A DNA stretch of 57,496 nucleotides, filler included, from Bipalium vagum (GCA_037834085.1; 3 parts of 3 records of this genome joined end to end with filler, not necessarily neighbours in it), one strand, 5' to 3'; positions 1 to 13,089 are shown, numbered from the whole stretch's first letter. Numbers and translations are program-made. The notes: generated by a model from the sequence alone, not told the origin.

Positions 1-71
1 ATTTCATTTGCTTTTTATTTTTATATTTACATAATATTTATTAATACGCACGAACTTATGGACTGACCTGA
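1..71. mobile_element. Terminal inverted repeat of a mariner element that runs off the left edge
   Basis: gcacgaacttatggactgacctga followed by TA; the reverse complement TA-TCAGGTCAGTCCATAAGTTCGTGCG is a typical mariner TIR. Confidence 0.55.
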
Positions 72-1191
72 TATTTACATTATCTTATAATTGAACATTT
101 AAGATATTTTAAAATGATTATAAATTTTAAATTTATTTGAAATATTATTTTATATTATTACTAAAAATTTAAATTATAATTTATAAATTAAAAACTCCTT
201 TTGGGCTGATTACTTATAAAAAGAATTGCTGCAATAATCAAAATGAACATCAAAGAGGGTAAAATAATTTTTATTGATTTGATTGGAACCGTAGAACTTT
301 TCTGACAAAGACTGTGTACATTATTACATATTTCAAAAACAGAGGAGAAAATAAGTTTTTTTCGCTAAGAAAATAGTTTATTTTCAATAGATACTTTATA
401 AAAAGAAAATTATTTCAAAATTTATTAATTTTTAACAATAAATTCAGAAATATTTTATCAAAGACTTTTATTGTCGAAAAAAGTATATATAACGAATTGA
501 TTAACAGTGGAGTCAGAGAAGAAGAATAAACGATTAAAAAATTAAGAAAAAAATGATTAAAATGTTTGAGGTTTATTTCTTAATAATAAATTAAATTTTA
601 ATGAAATTAACCAACCAAATTCGACTAAAAATTAAAGATCATGTAAAATAATAAATTAAAAATTTCTATCAAAATCACAATAGTGCTGGAAAAAGCAAAG
701 AAAGGTTTTTCACTCAACGCAAAAGAAAATGATAGATTTATAGCGACAATTTAGTGTACAATTATAAAACATTTAATGGTACGATTATTAAACGAGACAG
801 AGATATACAAATAATGCAATAAAGGAACAAAAAATTACCATCACAAATTGGAAAAATTATTAAATGATTAAAAATATTAAGAAATATTCGTGCAACAATT
901 TCAAGACCACAACAACGATTATTACTTTAGCAGAAGCAAATTCTTCCGATTCGATCAGAGTTTGCTGATTACAATTAGAATCCTACTCAAAAAATCACTT
1001 AGTGCTCATATAAATCAAAGAGATAAATAAAAATAATAAATGCTTCCATACCATCAAAGAAATAAATAAGTCTCGATAAAAAGCAAATCTATTTCGAATA
1101 ATAAAATAATAATTGAAAAATAAATCAAAGTCAATTTTTAAGAAGTCACTTCTTTGAATAATATACAAAATTATTTCTGTGAAACCACTCG

Positions 1192-1212
1192 ATATATATA
1201 TATATATATATA
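1192..1212. repeat. (AT)n microsatellite
   Basis: direct reading. Confidence 0.9.
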
Positions 1213-1929
1213 ATATGTAAATAACCGAGAGCACCAAACATCAGCACAAAAACAATCATAAACTTAATAATTTTCTTTTTTTATCAATTATAAAATGATT
1301 AAATATTTTAATAAATATAATAATTTGATTTTTAGAGAAATTTTTTGGTTTCAAATTAAATATTTTTTGGCACACCTGTAATTATATTATTCAATTAAAA
1401 TTTATAATAATAATCAATAATTTTTGAAGGATAATACCCATGTCAAACATTAGAATCAATAGTTGAAATCTTTAAATATTCATGAAATAAGATTATATAT
1501 TAAGATTAATATGACCCGATCATAATTGCTTTTATGAACCCATGTGTTACTGAATTAGTAATAATTATTCAAAATAATTCTATTATTCAATTTTATTCAG
1601 GTCATAAAAATGTTACAAAAACAAAAAATACAAAAGGGCGATTTCGTTCTCTTAAATTTTCTTTTTTCCTCTTTATTAATTCATTTTAATTAATTGAGAA
1701 ATAAAATAAAATAAAAATAATAATATAAAAGCCACAAAAACTTTTTTTATTAAGTGTGATCACCAGAAAAATTTGTAGAGGAATCATCAACTTAATTTTT
1801 AGTTTACGAATGTCTTTGAGAAAAGATTTTCGAATTTTTGAAAAGTTCAATATATATTTATCGGATAACTTGAAAATTATTGATTTTATAAGATTAAAAT
1901 TCAATTCTGTTATCGGAAATGGTTATTAC

Positions 1930-2049
1930 CTCGCCATACATGTCGAGTCTACTAACTTTCAGTCCAGAAGCTGCAAATTGATGAATGTAGAAGTAAAGTT
2001 CAACCATAGGATTGCAACTCGGTAATGATTCCTGAGTGCTTACAGTTAT
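1930..2049 (-). CDS. AP3M1: AP-3 mu exon 9
   Basis: [40 protein letters not shown], donor gtaata. Confidence 0.9.
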
Positions 2050-5000
2050 CTAAAATCAATTATACAAAAGTAAATTTAATTCTAAAAGTTCAACGAAAAT
2101 TACAATGCCTTTAAAACTGGCCATTTTTTGTGACTCTAACTTTCCCACTTCCCAAATGAATTGCTTGGTATAATTATCGAAAGACGATCGACCGATATTA
2201 CAGTTTCCAGAAACGTTTGTGATACTTGATGGCATTTTCACAACTGCCTTCACTTGGTCAATCTAATTTATTCTTCAATTATTTCATAAAATATTAAAAA
2301 ATATATTGGTTAGGGTTCAAAATGAAATGCCTGTCTGAAACAAGTGTATCATTTATGATATAATTGATCATATAAATATGAACACCAAAATCAAAAAAGA
2401 AAATTCAAATTTTAACGAAACAAAAACTTTAGTCACTCAAAAATTTACGTATTAGCCAAAATAGATTTGAGTTTAATATTGGGTTGACAAATAAGTCCGT
2501 TGGGCTTTTATAAAAACAAAAATTTATTGATAAAAAAAATTTTAATCAAATATGTATCGTCTATTTTGATTAATGACCTCCTCAAACCTTTCTACGAATT
2601 TAATTATTCCCCGTTCGTAGGTACTTGGTTTGTTTTTCAAAAAAAAGAGTCAAGATGCTTAACTCATCATAAATAGTAGTCGGTCGAACTAAATTCAGTG
2701 AGTATATTGGATGGGGCAAAACATCCAACCCAAAGTCCAGTAATTTGTCGCCGGTGACAAAGATGCATCAGGTCTAACATTGCCGTACTGAAAAACAAAA
2801 CAACTTTTTTTGGATTGCCTGGCTCAATTCTGTTTATTGCAACTAATACACATCCGAAGTGATCGTTGTGTCAGGTAGCAGTAGATCATATTATGTGACA
2901 CCTCTGTAATCACACTAAACATTTTTTGAGTGCAATCTATCTTTGATGTTGTTTTCGATGGATCGTCTCTAAAACCCATAGATCTCTTGCACGCCACATT
3001 ATCATAAATAATAAATAATAAATGTAATCAATTGTTTCATAAATTTGTTGATTTTTCGACGTTTCAGTAATGAATTGCAGATTGAAAATGTATGATCTTG
3101 ATTTTATCTCGTTAGAAAACCGGAATGGTGCGATAAGTTTACATAAAAATCTCAAGTAAGGAATTTTGAAAATCATTTCTGGCACACATTATTAGAACAT
3201 AATCCCCATTCTTAAATGAAAATTTTTTATAAACATGAGCAAGTCGTTTACTTTTCTTAAAAGAGGACAAACAAATTTGCCTGAAATGAACAGAAATATC
3301 TTTCATAAATATTCGATAAAAAATAAATTATTTCAGACACATAAGTAATGTTTATAAATTTTTCATCGAAAGCACTTTTTGCAAACTACAGACAAAAGTT
3401 TGATTTTTTTCTTAAAAGTTAGAATTTTTTGCCAACCCAATTTATTAATAATAATTTTTTGGTAAGATTCCTAGAGAAATTTCAAATTTTAAGTTTCAAT
3501 TATCAATTAATTATTAATATTAGTTATGCTAAAAGTGCTTGTCTAAGAAAATGTCATATTAAAAAATTTGAGATTGATTTTTTCGAAAATTAGAAAAATT
3601 AATCTTAAAATATTATCTATTAATTGTTTCATTTTCTCATCAAGTAAATATTTACAGCCAATGAAATGCCAGTTTATTCATTGTGTGACTATCGAAACCA
3701 ACATATTCTTCATCACAAAACAACTCACAAGCAAACAATTCAATTTCAGAATTATTAATAAATAATTGACATGATATATCGACGTGTTTCTGTCCAATCA
3801 GAAAAGGACATTTTATCAACACTGTTCATTTGTTCTACTACAGCTCATCCAACTATCAATTAATTTATATGATTTCAAGAAAATATCGATTTATTAAATT
3901 TCATATTAAGTGAAAAAACTGACCACTTCTACTAAATGTGCTTGAAAATTTCAAAAACTGAATTGAAAGAAACCAAAACCACGTTCATTATTAGAATAAT
4001 TTTTTGACAGACGTTTTTTTTTATTAAAAATTAATCTGAATCAATTAAGAATATTACTAAAAAATAATCTATTAAAACATGTATTGAGAAAGAGCTCATT
4101 AATTATACAAATTAAATAATTTTTTTTATAAATTGACACTGTTTCATCTTTAACTACATAGACTGATTATTAATAAGATTAATAATTCTGGTTAAAATTT
4201 TTGACCAATTTTCATTTTTATTCGAAATACCCAACTTTAAAAATTAAAAATAATATTAAGAATAGAATCAATAAACTTTTCCAGTCGGATTGAGTGAAAT
4301 ATTTAATCTTGAAACTGGTGAAAGAAATTTTCAAAATGATTATTGATTAACTAAAAATTTGTTAGAAATGTAAATGATTTTTTTAAAACAATGAATTCTT
4401 GTCAATTATCAAACATCTTCAATATAGACTACAAAAAATATAAAATAAAAAATATTTTTCATTGATTTCTCCTGTTTTTTTTCCAATAAAATATAAAATT
4501 CAATGTTGAAAAATGTAACTAAACAAAAAAAATAATAATCCGATAAAAGTCTGCCAAAGTACAAAACATCATCCCGGAAACCAACAAATGTCAATATATT
4601 CATCATAACTGTTTTATTTTGAAAAATCAATATAAGTGAACGAAATAATAGAAATGTTGATTAAATATGTCAACGTGTAAAATTCCCAAAAATCAATATT
4701 TTTTAAAATATCGATAAAAAAAACTTACTATTTTTCCGATCATTTTTTTTGAAGTCATCGTAATTTCTATTTTACTGTAGTTTTCTTGAAAAATTATTGA
4801 ACTCCGAACAGTGATGGGAAGGTTAAAATTACTGAATAAAAAAGAAAATTATTAAGCTTACGTTAAGGAGTACTGCACAAATATGATTGACAGGTCTCAG
4901 AAAAACAAAACATTTGCAGTAGAGAAATGTATATAAAATTCTGACACCAAAATGAAATGATATTTATTCCAGAGACAAAATTTTGAGAAATAATAAAACT

Positions 5001-8000
5001 TTGAGTTAACATTAGAATTTCATTAAAATATAACATTTTTTTAGTTTAGATTGTCTTCTGATATAGAAGAGTCAGACGAAATATACTGATATTTTTAGTA
5101 TTTCCTTTTTACTTTTACTAGAGAAAGTCTCATTTTTTCAATTAAAATAATATTTTGAGAACATTAAATAATAAACAAGTTACTTAACGAGATGGAAAAT
5201 TGATCATATATTGCAATGACATCGCTCATGTTACGATTCAAATAAATCCTTGTAATGAAATGAGAAACAGAATTTGAAGGTTCAGAAAGTGATATTATCT
5301 AATTTTCTTGATTTTATTGGCGATCAATGCATAAAAAACTGGCAGAACAAATCAGGAGAATATGGAGTTGGTTTACCAGAGACTTTATTTCTAGACAACG
5401 GGGTTGGTTTATCAAACTTTATTTCTAGACAAAAAAGTTTACAATCGATGAGTTAACTGTAACGAATACAACTTTAATACCGGAGAGTAGTCATCATTAA
5501 TTATTTCTCAGTTGAGCAAAATCTTTGGATATTAATCAATATCGATACCATTTTTAATGTTTTACGGTATTTCTGTGATTAAAAGTTTCACAAAAAAGTC
5601 GCTGTTTTTAAACCACTTTACAACCAGAAAATCCTTGGGTGAACAATAAAAAAACTATCAGCGTTATATTTGATATTAATATATTCTAATATTTTATTTT
5701 TTGTGTTTGTGACTTGTAGCAATAGGCTCTAATAAGTTTTGGGCCATTTAAATGATTTGTGAAATTAGTAGTGATTCTCACAAAGTGATTGAAAAAAAAT
5801 TCCACCAAACTCAAAATCATAACGCATTTCACCAATCGTAATTATTTTTGGAGCAGTTATATCAATTTCCACGTTAAGCTATTTGATCGTTATTTGTTCC
5901 ATTATCGTCAAAGTCAAAATTAATAAAATATTCCTGTAAGGCAATGTTACAGGTTTTCATCATGTAATATTTCAAACTGACTTTATTTTTATGACACCTA
6001 AAATCTCATTAAAAATAACTATTTATTACTTTGATGCAGTTGATTTGGTACATTCTAAATAAGAATATTTCCACAAGTAATTGTATTAAGAAAAATAAAA
6101 TTTGAATCATAAAAAAAGAATGACAGAAAAAAATAATGATTTTAAAAAAATTGAAACACTCACTTCGGAAGTGTCGTATGGTATGACATTAGCTTGAATC
6201 GACCGTCTGGTGGAATGAAGGAGATTATTTTTTCTCGATCCCACCTCAGATAACGTACGCATGGATGAAAAGAAACATCGTCAATTATTGAGGGATTGTT
6301 AAAAGTAAGAGTCAAGTCAGGCATGCCAGAAAGTTTGACAAGGCAATCGATCTGTTACCAAAATGTAATTAAAAAATTCTTATCAAATACTCAATAAATT
6401 AATAAAATGATTCTCAACTTTTTCTATTGTGATTTATTCTGTTTGCACTTACTTATCGAGTAAGAGTATGAATAATATTAGGTGTATTAGTATGATTCCG
6501 TCATTTACAAAAATTGATTAAAATTTGTGGTTTAATGAAAAAATTAAATTTGTATCATATATTAATAATTCAATAGAAACAACTTTATTAAATGGGTACT
6601 GTTTAAATAATACAGAAATTCAAAATGGCCAATTTTGTTCCAAATAATCATTTGCTGGAAGTAATGTTGCATTACTTTTTTTGCAGAGAAAACCTGTGGA
6701 GAAACCCAATGCTTCTTGGTAGAAGTCTACGATAAATATGCGCATTCAAAAAATGGCTTTGTCAGTTCAGGATTGAAGATTACAATATCATGAACAAAGA
6801 GCATGGTAGACCACATAAAGCTCAATGAAGAATTGGCACAATTACTACACGAAGAACGCAAACCGAGCTGTCCATTGAGTTAAATGTGGACTCATTTCCC
6901 AACGTTTGAGAAGTATGGAAATGAGTCGTACATAGATTGACGGAAAGAGATATACTTACAATTTGTGATATCCATCTTCAGAAGCAACAAAGAAAAAGTT
7001 TCTTGCATATGACTGTGACAGGAAACGAGAAATGAATTCGATATGACAACCCAAAATGCAAAGCATCTTTGGTGAAGCCTGGCGAACCGCCTAAACAAAA
7101 TTTGTCTAAAGTGATGGTATGTATCTGGCATTATCAGAAAGGTGTGATTTATTATGAACTGTTGAAACCATCAGAAACGATGACTGGTGAACATTATCAA
7201 TCCACTTTAATTCGTTTGAAGCGAGCTCTGAAAGGTCAGGATGGGCGGACAGGCATGATAAGATAATTTTACTGCACGATAACGCTAGAACTCATGTTCA
7301 TTCTATTGTAGAAGATGCAAACTGGGAAGGCTTACATCACCCGCCATATTCACCAGATATTGCTCCTTCTGAATTCCATTTTTTCCGCTTGATGAAATCC
7401 GCGCTTTCTGGAAAGCGGTTCAAAAATGGACTGATAGCTGGATTTCTTCAAAAGAACCAGATTTTTCCCCAGAATCCATTCGTTGCCTAAAAATGGTCCA
7501 ATATCATATTTGTAAATTGAAAATATTTTGATTGAAAGAGATAGTTTTCCATTTTTCCAGATAGTCTATGAGTAATATACCCTTGGCATCCCAGAAAATC
7601 GTAGTCATAATCTTACCAGTCGTTTTTTTTTGAGTTTTTGGTCTCTTCGGCGCTCTGATTCGATTGTTGAGTAGGTATTGGGCAGCAGATATACAACAAT
7701 TCCATTGAAGAAAGGTTTTTTACACAGTTCTTGACAGAATCGTAAACGTAAATATTTAGGTCCCATTGAGTGTAATAACGAACGGAAAATAATTCTTTGG
7801 AGATGTTTATTCCAAAAAAACAATATTGATAAATAATATTCCGAGATGATCATTTAAACCAGACCAAATGGTGAACAAAATAAAAGGAATCAAGTAAAAT
7901 CCCCAGTTTGAGATCAATATTAGACAATACGAAAAAGCATGATTAGTACCATGTCTCCTAATTATTATTATTGAGAACTAAACCTCAGACCTCCAAATGA

Positions 8001-8871
8001 ATACCACACGTTATGTAAACGGAAAAATATTAATAAACATTGAGCACTTACGTGTCCATTGATCTCGAGATTCACTACCATTCCGGATCGATCTATGGAA
8101 GCATTAACTTCTTCAATGACATCAAAATATGCTTCGTTGCGATTATATTTCATACCACAGCGGCGCCAGTAAACATGGCTGAGCTGACCTGATGGTAATG
8201 AATCACTGACAGAACCTACGGCGTTACCGGTCACGGTATCTGTTATAGTTCTTAACAAATTTGGGGGCCTAACCAATTCCTGGAGAATGTTACATTCGGT
8301 TACCAAAGGAAATCCATTGTCCAGCATTTCATCCAGAATCTGAATTAAATTAAATTTGCTTTCATCATTACTGTGATTCAAAAAATATGAAATAAAAATC
8401 ACCTCATAAACTCGAACTATATTATCTTTAATTGTGGTTTCTGATGCAGATTGGAAATAATCTATTAGGATATTTGCAAATCTGTGAAGAAATTCAATGA
8501 CAAACAAAGGAGGAACTTAAAAATGAAACATTATTATTAGTTCAATTAATTAACTTATAACCTTCATTTGTACAAACAGCAATGTAGTAGACTTTTTCTC
8601 GGTAAATGTTAATTAAAACGTGATGAGGAGTTTGAATAACTGGCAATATATCATAACCTTTTTTAATCTAAAATTAACTTTTGCATCAATTAATTTTGGT
8701 TTAAAAAAGAAACTTGAGATTCATTTTCAAAAAAATAGTCGCAAACAGATCGACTTATCACATTTCGCCAGTGCTTTTCAACATAAATATTTCTAAATAA
8801 AAACTACTAGAAATTTTAATATCAAATAATCAATACCTGGACGCGTTTGCAATAAATAAACTTAATATCAT
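1930..8871 (-). CDS. AP3M1: AP-3 complex subunit mu (spliced gene, 9 exons in window, last exon missing)
   Basis: Exons 8837-8871, 8714-8792, 8562-8667, 8403-8515, 8052-8339, 6164-6351, 4729-4831, 2104-2262 and 1930-2049 have GT-AG ends and join in frame (397 codons). The product reads [33 protein letters not shown]...[12 protein letters not shown]...EMLDNGFP...[10 protein letters not shown]...KLSGMPDL...[10 protein letters not shown]...SFIPPDG...[13 protein letters not shown], collinear with metazoan AP3M1/2. The expected final KYKPFKGVKY exon was not found in 1-1929. Confidence 0.95.
2104..2262 (-). CDS. AP3M1: AP-3 mu exon 8
   Basis: [14 protein letters not shown]...[23 protein letters not shown] flanks. 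Confidence 0.9.
2479..3440 (-). mobile_element. Degenerate mariner (DD34D) in AP-3 mu intron 7
   Basis: Ends TTGGGTTGACAA / TTGCCAACCCAA, TA on the left. Minus-strand remnants VFQYGNVRP (DNARPH motif) and [10 protein letters not shown] (WEVLPHPPYSPDL motif). Confidence 0.8.
4729..4831 (-). CDS. AP3M1: AP-3 mu exon 7
   Basis: ttcag acceptor, [34 protein letters not shown], donor gtaagt; phases match both neighbours. Confidence 0.85.
6164..6351 (-). CDS. AP3M1: AP-3 mu exon 6
   Basis: [57 protein letters not shown], donor gtgagt. Confidence 0.93.
6478..7535 (+). mobile_element. Degenerate Mos1-like (mauritiana) mariner in AP-3 mu intron 5
   Basis: TA-TTAGGTGTATTAGTATG left TIR; MANFVPN start at 6625; [44 protein letters not shown]; many frameshifts and stops. 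Confidence 0.9.
7541..7960 (-). mobile_element. Himar1-like (irritans) mariner fragment
   Basis: [31 protein letters not shown] at about 7545-7655; right boundary approximate. Confidence 0.75.
8052..8339 (-). CDS. AP3M1: AP-3 mu exon 5
   Basis: [11 protein letters not shown]...WRR...[10 protein letters not shown]...EINGH, donor gtaagt. Confidence 0.93.
8403..8515 (-). CDS. AP3M1: AP-3 mu exon 4
   Basis: [21 protein letters not shown]...[14 protein letters not shown] flanks. Confidence 0.92.
8562..8667 (-). CDS. AP3M1: AP-3 mu exon 3
   Basis: [39 protein letters not shown] flanks. Confidence 0.9.
8714..8792 (-). CDS. AP3M1: AP-3 mu exon 2
   Basis: tttag acceptor, [26 protein letters not shown], donor gtttct. 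Confidence 0.9.
8837..8871 (-). CDS. AP3M1: AP-3 mu coding exon 1
   Basis: ATG at 8871, [11 protein letters not shown], donor gtattg. Confidence 0.9.
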
Positions 8872-9051
8872 ATTTTTCAATAATAATTGTTGAAATATTA
8901 AGTACTGTAATGTATTAAAACAGAATTGATAAATTTTAATAATTAACTTTCACTATATTTTAATTTAATTTATAATAGAATGAGCATTATTAGAATTTAT
9001 AAATGTTTTAATAACTTAATAATTAGACTAAATAGAAAATTTTAAGATTTT

Positions 9052-9233
9052 NNNNNNNNNNNNNNNNNNNNNNNNNNNNNNNNNNNNNNNNNNNNNNNNN
9101 NNNNNNNNNNNNNNNNNNNNNNNNNNNNNNNNNNNNNNNNNNNNNNNNNNNNNNNNNNNNNNNNNNNNNNNNNNNNNNNNNNNNNNNNNNNNNNNNNNNN
9201 NNNNNNNNNNNNNNNNNNNNNNNNNNNNNNNNN
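9052..9233. other. Assembly gap (N run)
   Basis: 182 N. Confidence 0.99.
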
Positions 9234-9299
9234 CCAAATGTTAGTAGTGACATGAAACTTATTAATTTAATAAATATTCATTTTAAAAGTTACATATTG

Positions 9300-10235
9300 T
9301 TTAAAAGATAAAATAATAAAGTACCATTAAGAAATTAATCTAACATTTTAATAAGCTAAATTAAATCAGATTGATGACATTGATCATTTTTCTTACATTG
9401 TACAATCCATATTTTTGAGCCGAGTCTTGTATGTAGGCCATATTCTTTCAATTGGTTTGATATCAGGTGATTTATCTGACCAACCTAGGCAGTGTATTTA
9501 ATTTTTTTGTGTTAAACATTATTCTTAAACGTATTACATGGTATTACTAAAATGTATGTACCATTGTCATCCCTGAAACGTTTTCACAATTCTGGAATAA
9601 AGCTTGATTGAAGAACTTTCTCCGCAGCACTTTTCATCATTTCGGACTCGAAATATAATGATTCAATGCCAAAAATGAAAAGCATCCCCAAAAAATTTCT
9701 ATTCCTAGTGTTTGATAGATACGATTTGCTTAGGGAATAGTTTCTCACATAATAGTCTTCAGATAAACTGATCCTGAACCTCGAATACAATCTCATCAGA
9801 AAACATGTTCTTTCTCTAGTTTCTCATTGCTCCAATTTCTGTAATTTTTACCCACTGATACTCCTTTAGTTTCATGATATTTGTCGAAAAACTTCTTAAC
9901 TGATTTTCTTGCTCACCCTCTTACAGCTTTCAACAGCCTTCATTAATCGTTAAAGAATGTATCCTGATGCTAGGGTCTTCCACACTATTCCTTAGCATTC
10001 AAGTTGTCTTCTTAAAGTCTGTTTTACGAATACGTAACAATAATTAATCGTTTTGCTTTTTTCCCATAATGTCCTTCATGTTTAATGGACAAAAAGCATA
10101 TAATTGTCTTATCAGCTTAATTTACTGCCCCAACACTTACGTTGCATATTTTGCGATACCACGTTTAGTCATCAATGTTTGTTTGTGTATGTAATGATTT
10201 TCATCCAATTTTCTGGTTATTATCCATCTTTGCAT
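9300..10235 (-). mobile_element. Degenerate Tc1-like transposase remnant
   Basis: WSDKSPDIKPIERIW (WPxQSPDLNPIEN motif) at about 9440-9483 and FRDDNG at about 9560-9578; boundaries approximate. Confidence 0.65.
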
Positions 10236-12083
10236 TAAAATACTGATAGTTCTAATAATAGATATCTTCACAATAAGTTTAATTTTTGTAAATTCTGACT
10301 TTATTTCAAAAATAAAATTATGGTAATGTTAACCTCTTATTAATTTTTTATCATAAAATCAAAGTAATTTTTATTGAGAAAAATTTTATGTCAATTTTTG
10401 TTTATTTTTTCGCTATGAAAAAGAAACTGCTAGATTTTAGTAATAACATTTCTCATCGGATATTTTTCTGTTTTCATCGGTAATTTCTTTTAATTAAATT
10501 ATATTGCACCATCTATGGCTCTGGGATTTTTAATCAATCGTTTTTAGACCATTATCCGCTTCCAAAAGTGTCATCAACAAAATCCGAAACAGAGTTTCTC
10601 ACTTGTTCGAGTAAAGAAGAGATGATAGAGTATATTGAAATGTATAAAAATAACGAAATCAAGCGGATTATTAAAGATGCTTACGTTTTTGTTTATGAAA
10701 ACGCAACTAAAACGTGTTACTGATTTCTGACATTAAAAATGGATTTTGTGAAACTATTTTTTAAAGTAAAATGATTTGATACATTTCTATCACCATTTAT
10801 ATTTTGACTTTTTTTCTACTTGGAATGCCACTCCTACCATGCTTATTCTTCATTTATTAAAAAATTTACAATTGGAGTATGATAATTAAAAAGATTTCAT
10901 TTTAGGTATGAAAATATTCAAAACTTTTATTCCACATAAAATATCTCCGTTTTTGGTTTGTGACTCCAATTGAAGTTTTCCATCTACCTAAAATGATATT
11001 TAGTCCATTCATATACTTCTTAATGGAAGTTATAAATATCTTGTTTAAAGTTATGACTGTAGATTTGGAACACAGTCTCAATAATAGTAGTTATTTCATT
11101 TATAAAATTTGATGCAATTTTAATTATGATTTCAAAATGTATCTAAAACAATCTATAGATATTTTACAAAAGAAATCAAAAGGTATCTTTAGGTTTTCAA
11201 ACAAGCTGTTTCCTAACAATGTAAATTTTCTTACAAGTATTGTATCTCCGATGCATATTATCAATGAACTTCTGGTGCATTAGTGACAGAATGGATATAA
11301 CATTGAAGATATTTATGATACTCTTGTTCATTAATTCATCAATTAATAGATCTCCATTTAAGGATTATATTAATTGAACATTTCAAATTTATTTAAGGAT
11401 TTCCTATTTAAACAATCGTTACATATATGTAAAAAATAGTGTCTTGTACATAACCTTATTCCTGATATTTATTTAAAAAATTAGTAAATAGTGTAAATTT
11501 TGTTATTTAGAATTATTTTGTACGCCTTTAAATGCACCTTTGAAACAAACATAAAATTCAAAGTTTTGAAAATTAAAAATCCCTAAATAGAATGGAATTT
11601 ATAAATGATTATAATATAATTTTGTCATTTATAAATAAGGAAACAGAAATTGGGTACTTTATGTGTAGAATAATTAGAAAAAATAAATAGAATAACAATT
11701 TTATTATTAATGGTTATTTATTGTTATGACATAATAATACTGAAGAATGTTAAGGATTATTTGAAAAGAGAGAAAATAGTTTGATGTGAATTCTAAAAAT
11801 AATGCAATTAATAGAATAAAATCCAAGAATAAATAATTACCTTTAAAAATGGTATTGTAAATTTTGCAAAAGAATTATTTTGACCAAAATAATAAGATTA
11901 ATTCATTTGATGTTGAATCAAAGTTTGTAAATAGTTACTCTTTAGTTTTTAAAATTTAATTTAAAAAAACGGATTAGAATGAAAATTATTAATTATTATT
12001 TATTAAGATACTGAAATGTTATAATAAAAAAATTATAAGCAACAAAACTAAAGATAAAATGAATAACGCTGCGAAATGAAATA

Positions 12084-12249
12084 CAGTTCAGTCTCGATAT
12101 AACGAATTTCAAGGGACCGAACAAATTAATTCATTATATCAAAGTTTCGTCAAATCGAGGTATACATATTATGTAAATTTAAAATTCGTAAATTTAAATG
12201 TTTCAAAATTTCGTTATATCGAAAATTTCGTTATATCGAGACTCAACTG
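12084..12249. mobile_element. pogo/Tigger-type MITE, 166 bp
   Basis: TIRs CAGTTCAGTCTCGATATAACGAA / TTCGTTATATCGAGACTCAACTG (1 mismatch), TA on both sides, internal TTTCGTTATATCGA repeats. Confidence 0.9.
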
Positions 12250-12506
12250 TAATAATATTTCTTGAAAACCAAGAATTATTCCAAAGTTAATGATTATTAT
12301 AACAAACTTGATTTTTTTAAAGAATGGTTTGAAAGGTAATTTACCTTTGATGATCTAAAGTAAGAAATAAATTATTTTGTATAATAAATTTCATTTTGTG
12401 TAAATATAGGTTTCTGTAGAGTTAAATTTCTAGAAAACTAATTGTTTTTGTTGTTGTGTGTCATGTATTATCTAATTAGTTTCGTGGGTTAATCATGATT
12501 ATATTA

Positions 12507-12918
12507 TGTAGAGATAGCGGCTTAAGATTATTGTTAAAATGTAATAGTCATTTTTTGAATAACGGACTGGAAAGTATAGTAGAGATCGGATGGAACTTTT
12601 ATGAAATTTGACTAATAAATCTGGAGAATGTAATGAATGAAAGTTCCAGAGAATAAAATACTAAAATTCTTTAATTACGGAGAAATTATAAAGTTTGATT
12701 ACTAACTGTGAGTCTGCCTAAATATTAATCGGAGTCTGATAAAGAAGTAAAATCTATGGAATCACATATTGCCTACTGAAAAGTTTTATAAATAAATTGA
12801 TATTTTTCTTACCGAATTCATTGACTTCGTATGGTATCAAGATAACTTATTCTAGAGTGTGAATAAAAAATCTCAATAATGCATTATACTTTCGATGATT
12901 AATGAGAAACCATCTACA
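12507..12918. mobile_element. Possible solo LTR
   Basis: Begins TGTAGA and ends TCTACA, with internal AATAAA; target duplication only approximate (atta/ttta). Confidence 0.3.
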
Positions 12919-13089
12919 TTTAATGGGTTTAAAATATTTTTCACTTTTATAAGCTATTTTTTTATTTAACTTTACGAAAATGTGAGCTTAAAAGTGTTAT
13001 ATACTACACAAAGTGTGCCCTATTTGTACCCCATTTTTTTCTCACTCACTCATATGTGTGCTCTCCGGCACACATACTCATTCATTTCT

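Noticed and set aside
190-220. Minus-strand ISPKGVFN as the missing last AP-3 mu exon
   Set aside because: Only KGV matches KYKPFKGVKY; the rest does not fit and a stop follows.
1756-2025. Plus-strand 89-aa ORF
   Set aside because: Antisense shadow of AP-3 mu exon 9 plus AT-rich intron.
4862-4896. Possible extra AP-3 mu micro-exon with gtaagc donor
   Set aside because: Would leave an intron of about 30 nt, has no homology, and the gene is in frame without it.
5190-5857. Possible DNA transposon remnant ([12 protein letters not shown]) in intron 6
   Set aside because: Only one short motif and no convincing TIR pair.
9023-9253. ORFs 9023-9253, 9028-9237 and 17035-17250
   Set aside because: Made almost entirely of N-gap codons.
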